From Camelus dromedarius (Eukaryota): 64,000 bases of DNA. The stretch is from NCBI RefSeq assembly GCF_036321535.1, contig NC_087452.1, positions 33,480,001-33,544,000 on the forward strand, in the 5' to 3' direction. The notes below the pieces were generated by a model. It saw only the letters and a program-made list of their open reading frames with translations, made no database searches and was not told the DNA's origin. Position numbers and translations under genes: made by a program. Shown piece by piece: positions 25,646-37,300 of this stretch. Positions within the stretch are counted from its first letter, which is position 1. Each line of letters begins with the position of its first letter.

Positions 25646-25831
25646 AAGAATTTGGGATAGCTAAGTGAAATAAGTCAGACACAAAGTACTGTATGATTCC
25701 ACCCAGAGGAGGTATCTAGAATGGGCAAATTCATAAATACAGAAGTAGAATAGAGGTTATCAGGGTCTAGAGTAGGGCAAAATGAGAAGTTATTGCTTAA
25801 TGGTTACAGAGTTTCTGTTTGGGGTGATTTA

Positions 25832-25945
25832 GGAATATCTTTCTATTTAAAAAAAATTATTTTTTAATGGCGGTCCTAGGGATTGAAACCAGGACCTCGT
25901 GCATGCTAAGCATGCACCCCACCACTTGAGCTTTACCCTCCCCCT
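25832..25945 (-). mobile_element. tRNA-Ala-derived SINE (Vic-1-like) inserted in L1
   Basis: Reverse tRNA-Ala-like head; perfect 16-bp TSD TGTTTGGGGTGATTTA at 25816-25831 and 25946-25961. Confidence 0.9.
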
Positions 25946-28721
25946 TGTTTGGGGTGATTTAAAAGTTTTGGAAATACACAGTGATAATGGTTACCAAAAA
26001 AAATTTAGGGCAGACCTAGATATATTGAACTTGGAAAGAGCAATTGTAATCAACTATTTCACAGAACCAGGGAACCTGATCAGACAACAAGGAAAGTATT
26101 GGATGAAGGAAGAGCCTGTACTTGAACCAGCCACCATCCCCCATTCCTCAGCCCCATCACGGTTATGGGGATAGCAGTTATGGGGATAGTGGCTCCAGTT
26201 TCTAAGCTGACTGGTGCCAGGGTGGACAGTAGGGACCTTGCCCTCCAAAAAATTGAGGTTGTATGGTTTGGTGGGTCTGGTGGTAATCTGAAATGCTTAT
26301 CTTGGTTTCAGCCCTCTGGGCTGCAATGGCTTGCCTGGTGGCAGCATCGATCAGAAAATTTAAAGGTCGAGTGCAGAGCCCAGTGACTTTTAAAATTTTT
26401 TTAAACTTTTTTTTTATATAAAGTCTTTGTCAGGTCATTAGCTGTCTGCAGAGATAATGGAACAGAAACTTAAGTGACCGTACACAAGGAACACACACTT
26501 GACAAAAATAGTTTGGAAAAGTCACAAATTGGCAGCTTTAGCCCTCAAAAAGCAAAATTTAGCAATCCCTGAGGAGTGGGAGAACTAATTCCCAGAGTTA
26601 CCACAACATAATACTTAGAATATCCAGTTCTCAACAAAAAATTACAAACAAATTACAGCAAAAAATTATAAAGTATGGACCTTTCACAGAAAAAAAATTG
26701 ACTGAAAATATTACAGATTGTAGAACTGGAAAGTATAATAACTGAAAGATTCACCAGAGTCACAAAAGGCAATTGCTTTCTTATAGATCAGCAAAAATAA
26801 TTAAAATTAAAAATACAATACCATTTATATTAGCACCAAAAAGAAGAAAAAAAAAGAAAACAAATATTTAAGTATAAATCTAATGAAATATGTACCAAGA
26901 TCTCTGTGAGGAAAACTATACAACTCTGATGAAAGAAATCAAAGATCTAAATGGAGAGATATTCCACGTACATGGTAGGAAGACACAATATTGTCAAGAC
27001 AGCAGTTCTTCCCAACTTGATCTGTAGATTCAACAAAATCCCAGTAAAAATCCCAGCAAGTTATTTTGTTGATGTTGAAAAGTTTGTTGATTTGAAAGTT
27101 TATAAGGAAAAGCAAAAGACCAATAACTAACACAATATTGGNNNNNNNNNNNNNNNNNNNNNNNNNNNNNNNNNNNNNNNNNNNNNNNNNNNNNNNNNNN
27201 NNNNNNNNNNNNNNNNNNNNNNNNNNNNNNNNNNNNNNNNNNNNNNNNNNNNNNNNNNNNNNNNNNNNNNNNNNNNNNNNNNNNNNNNNNNNNNNNNNNN
27301 NNNNNNNNNNNNNNNNNNNNNNNNNNNNNNNNNNNNNNNNNNNNNNNNNNNNNNNNNNNNNNNNNNNNNNNNNNNNNNNNNNNNCTAGGCACGGTTCTTA
27401 AGCCTTCACAAAAGTAATTAACTCAGAATGGATCATGGAGCAAAATGTGAAACACGAAACTGTAAAATTCCTAGAAGATAACATAGGAGAAAATCTAGGT
27501 GACCTTGTGTTTGATGATGAGACAATGTTGAAAGCATGCTCCATGAAAGAAAAATATATAATTTGGAGTTCATTAAAATTTAAAACTTCTGCTCTTGAAA
27601 GACTTTTAAGAGAATGAAAAGACAAGCCACAGATTGGGAGAAAAATCTTTGCAAAAACATTTGATAAAGGGCTGGTATCCAAACTATACAAAAAATTCTT
27701 GCAACTTAATAAGAAAACCACCAAATTTAAAAAATGGACAAAAGGTCTGAACACACACCTCCCTANNNNNNNNNNNNNNNNNNNNNNNNNNNNNNNNNNN
27801 NNNNNNNNNNNNNNNNNNNNNNNNNNNNNNNNNNNNNNNNNNNNNNNNNNNNNNNNNNNNNNNNNNNNNNNNNNNNNNNNNNNNNNNNNNNNNNNNNNNN
27901 NNNNNNNNNNNGCTAGCAAAGATGTGCAACAACAGCAACTCTGATTCATTGCTGGTAGGATGGTGAAATTGTATACTATGTCAGTTTCTTACAAAGCTGA
28001 ACATAGTTTTATCAGAGCTGAGTAATTGTGCTCCTATATATTAACCCAAATGAGTTTAAAACTTATGTCCACACAAAGATCTGCACATGGATGTCTATAA
28101 CTTTATTCATAATTGCTAAAAAATTAGGAGCAACCATGATGTCCCTCATTAGGGAAAACTATGTGTGTGAGGTGTGAGGGAGCATATAGAAACTATTCAT
28201 ATGGCTCTGACATGGGGATTGGGAGCAGTAGTGGTTTATGAGAAAAGTAAAAATTCAGTGAGACTGAAACTTACCAGCCTCTTCATCAAGCTCTCCCCTG
28301 GATGCTGAAAGTGTTGTACCATACTCCAAATTCCCAAAATAGTTGCTTCAGACGGTTTCAGCTAGTTTTGGAGGAGCAGATTCCTGGAGCTTTCTATTTT
28401 GCCATCTTCTCATGACTCAAATAGCACTCCCTTAAACAATCAATGGGTCAAAGAAGAAATCACAAGGGACATTAGAAAATACCTTGAGATGACTGAAAAT
28501 GAAACACAATATATTAAAACTTATGGGATACAGCAAAAGCGTACTGATGAAAATTTATAGCTATAAACACCTATGTTAAAAAAGAAGAAAGCTCTAAAAT
28601 CAATAACCCCACTGTATACCTTAAGGAACTGGGGAAAAAAAAGCAAACTAAAGCAAAAGCTAGCAGAAGGAAGGCTATAAGAAAGATAAGAATAAATATA
28701 AATAAAATAGAGATAGAAAAA

Positions 28722-29492
28722 TGTCATATTGTGATTTATATTAAGAAATATATATTTGGCCTTCGTTCTGGCACAGAGCTCCTAAAACCCTTGTCTTTTG
28801 TTATGTTAATGAGATGACTTTTGGAAAGCATCTAAGGATGGGGGCTGGTTGACTGTGGAGTCAACCTGTGATTAGAGGATTGGAATTTTCAGTCCCACTG
28901 AAAGTCTCCTTCCATTCTGGGAGAACAGAGAGACTGGAGATTGAGTTCAATCATCAATGGCCAATTATTTAATCAACTGTGCCTATGTAGTGAAGCCTTC
29001 TAGAAGAACCCAAGAGGATGGGGTTCAGAGAGCTTCCAGGCTGGTGAACACATGGAGATTCAGGGAAACTGGCATGTCCAGAGACAGCACGCAAGCTCCG
29101 TGCCCCTTCTTACATACCTTGCCCTATGCATCTCTTCTATCTGGTTGTTCCTAAGTTATATCCTTTTATAATAAACCAGTAATCTAGTAAGTGAAATATT
29201 TTCCTGAGTTCTGTAAGATGTTCTAGCAAATGAAATAAACCCAAAGAGAAGGTTGTGGGAACCCCCAGTCTATAGACAGCCAGAAGCACAGGTGACAACC
29301 TGGACTTGCAATTGGCATCTGAAATGGTGGGGAGGAGGGCAGTCTTATAGGACTGATCCCTTAACCTATGGAATCTGATGCTATCTCCAGGTAGATAGTG
29401 TCAGAATTCAGCTGAATTGTAGGACACCCAGCTGGTATTGGAGAATTGCTTGGTGGTGTGTAATAAATACACCCATTAAAATTGGTGTCAGA
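28722..29492 (+). mobile_element. MER21-like LTR (ERVL class) inserted in L1
   Basis: Starts tgtcatattgtgatttatattaagaaatatatatttgg...ctggcacagagctcctaaaacccttg, which matches the MER21 consensus start as I recall it; internal AATAAA. Confidence 0.7.
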
Positions 29493-32400
29493 ATCGTAAA
29501 CAAAAAATACAGAAAGTCAACAAAATCAAAAGCTGATTCTTTATATGTATGTATATTCATGACTGGGACATTGTGCTATAGACCAGAAATTGATAGATTG
29601 TAATTGGCTGTACTTCAANNNNNNNNNNNNNNNNNNNNNNNNNNNNNNNNNNNNNNNNNNNNNNNNNNNNNNNNNNNNNNNNNNNNNNNNNNNNNNNNNN
29701 NNNNNNNNNNNNNNNNNNNNNNNNNNNNNNNNNNNNNNNNNNNNNNNNNNNNNNNNNNNNNNNNNNNNNNNNNNNNNNNNNNNNNNNTTTACACCATCAA
29801 ATTGGATAACCCAATTGAAATAGACAAATTTCTAGAAACCCATAAATTAACAAAACTGCCTCAAGAAGAAATACAAAATCTAAATAGGTGTGTAACTAGT
29901 AAGGGGATGGAATCAATATTCAAAAAACTCCCAAGAAAGAAAAGCCCAGGATCAGATCGCTTCACTGGTGATTCTACCAAATATTTGAAAAAGAACCAAC
30001 ACCAAAAAGATAGTATCCACATCGTGAAAAGACAACCCACAGAACGGGAGAAAATATTTGCAAATCATGTATCTGATAAGGGGTAATATCCAGGATATAA
30101 AACTCATCAACAAAAAACCAAATAACCCAATCCAAAAATAGAAAGGGATTTGAATAGANNNNNNNNNNNNNNNNNNNNNNNNNNNNNNNNNNNNNNNNNN
30201 NNNNNNNNNNNNNNNNNNNNNNNNNNNNNNNNNNNNNNNNNNNNNNNNNNNNNNNNNNNNNNNNNNNNNNNNNNNNNNNNNNNNNNNNNNNNNNNNNNNN
30301 NNNNNNNNNNNNNNNNNNNNNNNNNNNNNNAAAAATTGAAACTCTTGTGCACTGTTGGTGGGAATGTAAAATAGTGCAGCCACTGTGGAAAAGAGTATGG
30401 TACAGTATTTCCTCAAAAAATAAAAATTACCATATGACCCAGCAATTCCACTCTGGGTATATGCCCAGAAGAATTGGAAGCAGGATCTCAAAGAGGTATT
30501 TGTACATCAATGTCCACACTACTATTCATAGCACTACTCATAGTTCATAGCACTGTTATTCACAATAGCTAAAACATGGAAACAAACCAAGTACGGTACC
30601 ATGGGATATTACTCAGCCTGAATGAATAAATAAATAAATTTTTTTATTTGTATGAAATGGATAAGCAAAATGTAGTACATACATACTATGGAATATTACT
30701 TGACCTTAAAAAGGAAGGAAATTCTGCAGTATGCTAAAACATTGATGAAACTTGAAGGCATTATACTAAGTGAAATAAGCCAGTCAAAAAAGACAAATAC
30801 TGTATGATTCAACTTGAGGGACTTAGAGTAGTCAAAATCATAGAGACAAAGTCTCTAAAAAGAAATAAATCCTCATCTATATAGTCAGTTGATTTTTGAC
30901 AAGTATGACAAAACAATTCAACAGGGAAAGAGTCTTTTCAACTGAATAACTATAAGCAAAAGAATGAAGTCAGACCCTTACCTTATGCCATATACAAAAA
31001 CTAACTCAGTGGATCAAAGACCTAAACTTATAAGCTAAAACTATAAAACTCTTAAAAGAAGACAGGAGAACCTCTTCATGACCTTGGATTTGAAAATGAT
31101 TTCTTGGATATGAAAACAAAAGCACAGATAACAAGAAAAAATGGGCAAATCGGATTTGATCAAAATTAAAATTTTTTNNNNNNNNNNNNNNNNNNNNNNN
31201 NNNNNNNNNNNNNNNNNNNNNNNNNNNNNNNNNNNNNNNNNNNNNNNNNNNNNNNNNNNNNNNNNNNNNNNNNNNNNNNNNNNNNNNNNNNNNNNNNNNN
31301 NNNNNNNNNNNNNNNNNNNNNNNNNACTAATTAAAGAACTTTGATAGACGTTTCTCCAGAGAAACTGTTCAACTGGCCAATGAGCACATGAAAAGTGTTC
31401 AACATCATTAGTCATTAGAGAAATGCAAACAAATTACAATGAGATACCACTTCATACCGACTAGGATGGCAGTTATCGAAAAGATGGAAAACAAGAAATG
31501 TGGCAAGGATGTGAAAAAATTGGAACCCTGTGTATTTTTGGTGGGAATGTAAAATGGTGCAGCCACTGTGGAAAACAGTTTGGTGGTTTCTTAAAAAGCT
31601 TAACATAAAAATATCATATGGTCCAGCAATTCCACTCCTAGATACGTATGTAAAAGAATTGAAATCAGTGACTCTAACAGATATTTATACACCGATGTTC
31701 ATATCAGCATTATTCACAATAGTCAAAAGGTGGAAGGAACCCAAGAGTCCATCAACAGATGCATGTATAAACAAAATGTGGTCTATAATACAATGGAGTA
31801 TTATTCAGCCTTTAAAAAATTTCAGAAATATACTGCAACATAGATTGAAGACATTAAGGTAAGTAAAATAATCCAGGCACAAAAGGACAAATAGTGTGTG
31901 ATTTCACTTATATGAGATACCTAGAGTAGTCAAATTCATAGAGACAGAAAGTTTGGTTGTTGCAAAGGGTGGGTAAGGAGAAAACAGGACGTATTGTTTA
32001 ATGGGTTGAGAGTTTCAGTTTGAAGAGACGAAGTTCTGGAGATGAATGGTGGTGATGGTTGCACAATAATGTGAATATCTTTAATGCTACTGAACTGTAC
32101 ATTTTTTAATGTTCAAATGGTAAATTTCATCTTATGTATATTTTACCACTATATAAAAAAGAACCAAAATTCTGATACATGCTACAACGTAGATGAATGT
32201 TGAAAAGGTATACTAAGTGGAAAAAAAAAACCAGATAGATACCAAAGGACAATATTTTGTGATTCCACCTATATTAGGTATCTAGAATAGGAAAAGTTAT
32301 AGCGGCAGAAACTATAATAGAATCTCCCAGGAAACAGGGGATCAAAGATTAGAGAGTTACTCTTCAATGGGTACAGAGTTTCTCTCTGGGGTAAAGAAAA

Positions 32401-34203
32401 AGTTCTGGAATTAAATAGTGGTGATGGTTACACAACATTGTGAATGTACTTAATGCCACTGAATTGTACATTTTAAAATGGTTAAAACCACAATTTTTAA
32501 AAATACATCTCTATTTTAATGAAAGCTTAAAAAAAATCAGGAATGGATGTTGAATTTCATCATATATCTTTTGGTGTCTATGAAAGATACCACTTACTTC
32601 AGAATCTGGCCCTGGTTTCTGTACTTAGTACATGTGACACATCCAAAAAATATTTATTGAATGGAAAAAAAGCCCACAATAACCTATCATTTCACACCCA
32701 CTAGAATGGGTATAATTTGGAAAAAAAAAAAAACAAACAGCTTGGCCATGGTGTGGAGAAATAGGAACTTCCGTACATTGCTGGTGGAAAACAGTTTGTT
32801 AGTCCTTCAAAAAATTAAACATAGAATTGCCATATGACCCAACAATTCTACTTCTAGGTATATACCCTAAAGAACTGAAAACAGGTACTCAAATACTTGT
32901 TCTGGAATGATCGTAGCAGCACTATTCATAATATCCAACAGGTAAGAACAACCCAAATATCCATCAACAGATGACTGGACAAACTGTGATATATGCATGT
33001 AATGGAATATTATTCAGCCATAAAAAGGAATGGTGTACTGATACATACTACAATTGGGGTGAACCTCAAAAAAATTAAGTGAAAATAAAGAACAGATACC
33101 AAAGGTCGTATTTTGTATTAATTCCTTTTATATGAAATATCCAGAATAGGCAAATCGCTACAGACAGAACTGTATCTAAGTGTTTGCCAGGGTGATGGGG
33201 TTGGGAATGAGTAGTGATTATTTAATGTGGTCAAGGTGTTCTTCAGTGGGTGATGAATAAGTTTTGAAGCTGGAGAGAGATGATAGTTGCACAATATTGT
33301 AAGTACACTAAACGCCACTGAATTGTATACTTAAAATGGTTATTTTAATGTATGAATTTTATTTCAATTTTTTAAAAAAGAATTTAGGATAGCACCTGGT
33401 TTGGCTATTGTGGAGTTTTGTGGGGAGCTGGCGCCAAGTTCCCAAGAAAGCAGAAGGAGACATCTGTAGGTGAAGGGTACATAGGACCTCTCTGTACTAT
33501 TTTTGAACTTCAAGTCTATATTTCAAAAGAAAAGTTTAAATTTAAAATAAGGTCACATATGATCATGGCTGCCCCATGCCTCACACTCTCAGATCTGGCA
33601 CCCAGATACTGACCACCCTCTTGGAATCCTGGGACTCATCGGTGAGAGACCCTGATTGGCCACCTAGGGCTGTCAGCTGTCCTGATCTTGCAGCTGTGAG
33701 CAGAGGGGACTCCCTGAGAGTTCCTGAGGAGACGGCTCAGGGTTAGGCAAGCACTCCCAAAGGTGTTAGGCTCCATCCCAGGTCTGTAGTTTAGGTCCTG
33801 GAAGTGGGACAACTTAATCCCATAAGTTCTCACAGCCTCTGGGATGGGACTGGCTCTGTCTTCTAGGGTCTCTAAGTCTCTGAGTGTGGGCAGGCAGCCA
33901 AGCAAGTCATCAGGACAAGGGAGTTCCCACCAGCACTCTGTGGGTGAGAAGCCCATTCAGGCAGGAGCTCCTGAGGGTGATCGGGGGCTGAGGTTTGGGA
34001 TGTCTAGGGAGCTACAGGAGACTACAGGGATCCCTCCCACGGCTCTGCCCCCTTTCTCAAGAGAGATACCTGCTCTCACACGGGCAGAACAGAACCAGGA
34101 ACTCTGTCCCACCTTGCCAGTGCCCTAGGGCTGCCAGAACTCATTTTTGCCAGGCTGTCTGTGCAGGACAGGCTGGAGGCGGGACCAAGAACCAGCTCAG
34201 TCT

Positions 34204-34227
34204 AGTTTCACTTTTACTTTCATTTTT
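34204..34227. promoter_or_regulatory. ISRE / tandem IRF elements in the UBA7 promoter
   Basis: AGTTTCACTTTTACTTTCATTTTT about 175 nt upstream of the ATG. UBA7 is an established interferon-stimulated gene. Confidence 0.8.
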
Positions 34228-34399
34228 CCCCAAACTGACAGAGGAAACAGAAAGCTGTGACCAGCAGCGTCCTTTACTCCTTGGCCTTAGTGCCTGTTTG
34301 CATTACCAAGGCTGGGCACTGACTCCTGCTGGCACTGCCTCCCATACAGAGATCCTATCTATAATTGCTTCAGCCTGTCGTCCAGCCCCAGGCCTCAGG

Positions 34400-37300
34400 A
34401 TGAATGTCCTGGAGACTTCCAAGTTGCTGGATGAAGAGCTCTACTCTCGGCAACTGTGAGGCCTGAGGTGGGGAGGAGAGCGGGGTGGACTTCTGACTTC
34501 TGGTCTCCAATTACCTGCCCTCTTACCTCTACCTACAGGTATGTGCTGGGCTTGCCGGCCATGCAGAGGATTCAGGGAGCCAAGGTCCTGCTGTCAGGTC
34601 TTCAGGGCCTGGGGGCTGAGATAGCCAAAAACCTGGTCCTGATGGGTGTGGGTATCCTCACTCTTCATGATCCTCACCCTACCTGCTGGTCTGACCTGGC
34701 TGCCCAGGTGAGGGTCCTTGGGAGACTGTGGGTTTCCAGGCCAGGTTGGGGGTTCAAGGGCTCAAGAGAAAATTCCTTGCTTAAGCCAGACTGGGTCTGT
34801 CTTTAGTTTTTCCTCTCAGAACAGGACTTGGGAAGGAGCAGGGCTGAGGCATCTCAAGAACTTCTGGCTAAGCTCAATGGAGCTGTTCAGGTGTGCATCC
34901 ACACAGGTGACATCACTGAGGACCTGCTGCTGGACTTCCAGGTACCCTCCCAGCCCTACTCTCCAGGCTAGCCCTGTAGCCACCTCCAGGCTGTAGCAGT
35001 AGGGTGGGCCCAAAGTGGTTCTGGCCCTGCTGATCTTGAGGTCCGCCCAGGTGGTGGTGCTGACTGCCTCGAAGCTGGAGGAGCAGTTGAAGGTGGGCAC
35101 CTTCTGCCACAAACACGGAGTCTGCTTTCTAGTTGCGGACACTCGAGGCCTCGTGGGGTGAGTGAGACAGCTTGCCTCGCCTGCCACATCCATACAGCAA
35201 CTGGTCCCAGTGCTGTCCCCAGCTCCAGGCTTGCTCCAGAGCCCCTCCACCCAATCCCAGGCCTGTCCCAGCATCCCCTCTCAATTCTGGTGCCCAGTCC
35301 CACTCGTCTGCCTCCTCTACCCTGCCTGCAGACTTGCTCCAGTAAATCCTTCCGACTCCAGCTTCCAAGCCTCTCCCAGCATTCTTTTCCTAATTCTTTT
35401 CCCAGTTCCTCTGGGCTTGCCCTAGTGTCCCCCACCCTTCATCATAACCGTGGTGGTTAACCACTGAGCCATCTCAGTGACCCCTACTACCCCACCACAG
35501 GCAGTTATTCTGTGACTTTGGTGAGGACTTCACTGTCGAGGACCCTACAGAGGCAGAACCCCTGAGAGCTACCATCCAGCACATCTCCCAGGTGGGTGCT
35601 AAGGTCTGGGCGCTCACCTACTGACTAAGGAGGGGCTGCTGGAGCCTGTGGAAGGCAGATACAGGTAGCCCTGAGCAAGCCACCTCTTATCCAGGGATCC
35701 CCTGGCATTCTCACCCTGAGAGAAGAGGCTGATGCCCACCACTTCCACAATGGGGATTTGGTGACTTTCTCAGGCATTGAGGGCATGGTGGAACTCAATG
35801 GCTGTGCTCCTCGGCCTCTCCACATGCGGGGTGAGTCAACCCCACTCCAGGCCCCCGTTGTGGGTGGACACAGCCTGGTCCATGGGGAGAGGTTCTCCTT
35901 CCACCTTCCTCAGGGTGGAACAATGTCAAAGACATAGATGTAAGACAGGATGGGGTGTGGGGAACTCCTGGAGTTCAGGGGTCACACTGACTAGGCTGGA
36001 TCTCCTCCAGAGGATGGGACCTTGGAGATTGGGAACACAGCAACTTTCTCTCGTTACTTGCGTGGTGGGGCTGTCACTGAGGTCAAGAGACCCAGGACTG
36101 TGAAACACGTGAGTTTAAGTGCATCTGAGGTGAGGGGTTTGGGCGCCTTGTGGGGGCCCACGGGGTTCTGGACCTGACCCTGAGCTGAGTGCCCCCTTCA
36201 GGAGCCCCTGGATGCAGCCCTGCTCCAGCCCCGTGTGGTGGCCCAGAGTCCCCAGGAAGTGCACCGTGCCCACTGCCTGCATCGGGCCTTCCGTGCACTG
36301 CACACATTCCAGCAGCTCCATGGCCGCCCTCCTCGGCGGTGGGATCCTGTGAGTGGCCCCAATGCCCCTTTCCCAGCCTGTGTCTTAATGGGGCCTCACC
36401 TTCCAGGAGGCAATGACTATCTCACAGATCCAAGTTTGAATCCAGAGGCAGTTTCCCACTCATCTAAAGGAGATGATAAACACTATCTCCAGACCAGAGG
36501 CTGGGTCAGTGAAAAGGCCAAGCACAAAGCCTGGGGACCCATGCTACTCCTAACCTCTCATATCTGGTCTGGAAGCTGCCCCCAGGTTGGAGAAGCCTCC
36601 AGGGTTGTTGTCTGGCACTGGGTATCCTCTGGTGGGGCTTCCCAGTCTGGCAGCTGGAATTCCATCCCACCTAGGCTTCTGCTTCCTCTTCTGTGGAACA
36701 GGGTGGATGGCTGCCTGAAGGATTGGAGCTTCAGGGGGATCCTATACCCATGGAGTTCTACCCCATAGGTTGATGCAGAGATGGTGGTGGGACTCGCCCA
36801 GGCCCTGGAACCACTGAAGGGGACAGAGGGAGAGTCATCGGAAGAGCAGCTGGATGAGGCTCTAGTGCGGACAGTCGCCCTGAGCAGTGCTGGTAGCTTG
36901 AGCCCCATTGCAACCATGCTGGGTGCGGTGGCTGCCCAGGAAGTGCTGAAGGTGGGCACAGGAAGAGGCAGGGCGGGGCTGGGATGGGTGCTCAACACCA
37001 GACGGCAGCCCTGGGGGATTCACCAACCTGGGTGCAGCCCTCAGCCAAGATCTGAGGGCATTAGGAGGTGGAAGGAGTCCCCAGCCTAAAGTGCTGACTT
37101 CTAGGCGGTCTCCAAGAAGTTCATGCCCTTGGACCAGTGGCTGTACTTTGATGCCCTCGATTGCCTTCCAGAAGATGAGGAGCCCTTTCTCAATCCTGAA
37201 GACTATGCACCGGTGAGAACCTGGGGTAGGGGTGCAAGCCTTATCCAAACTCAGGACAATGGGGAAACTGGAAGACTGGTCCCAAAATCCTGGCCCGGAA

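Larger units (their letters stand above)
25662..33377 (+). mobile_element. About 7.7-kb stack of nested, mostly plus-oriented L1 fragments between TRAIP and UBA7
   Basis: At least six L1 3'UTR/ORF2-end segments, with ORF2-like translations (e.g. IEIDKFLETHKLTKLPQEEIQNLNR) and five N-runs. AT-rich island in a GC-rich locus. Confidence 0.85.

Noticed and set aside
33995-34399. Open frame upstream of and in frame with the UBA7 ATG
   Set aside because: It starts at TTG, has no in-frame ATG and runs through the ISRE/promoter, so it is unlikely to be transcribed.
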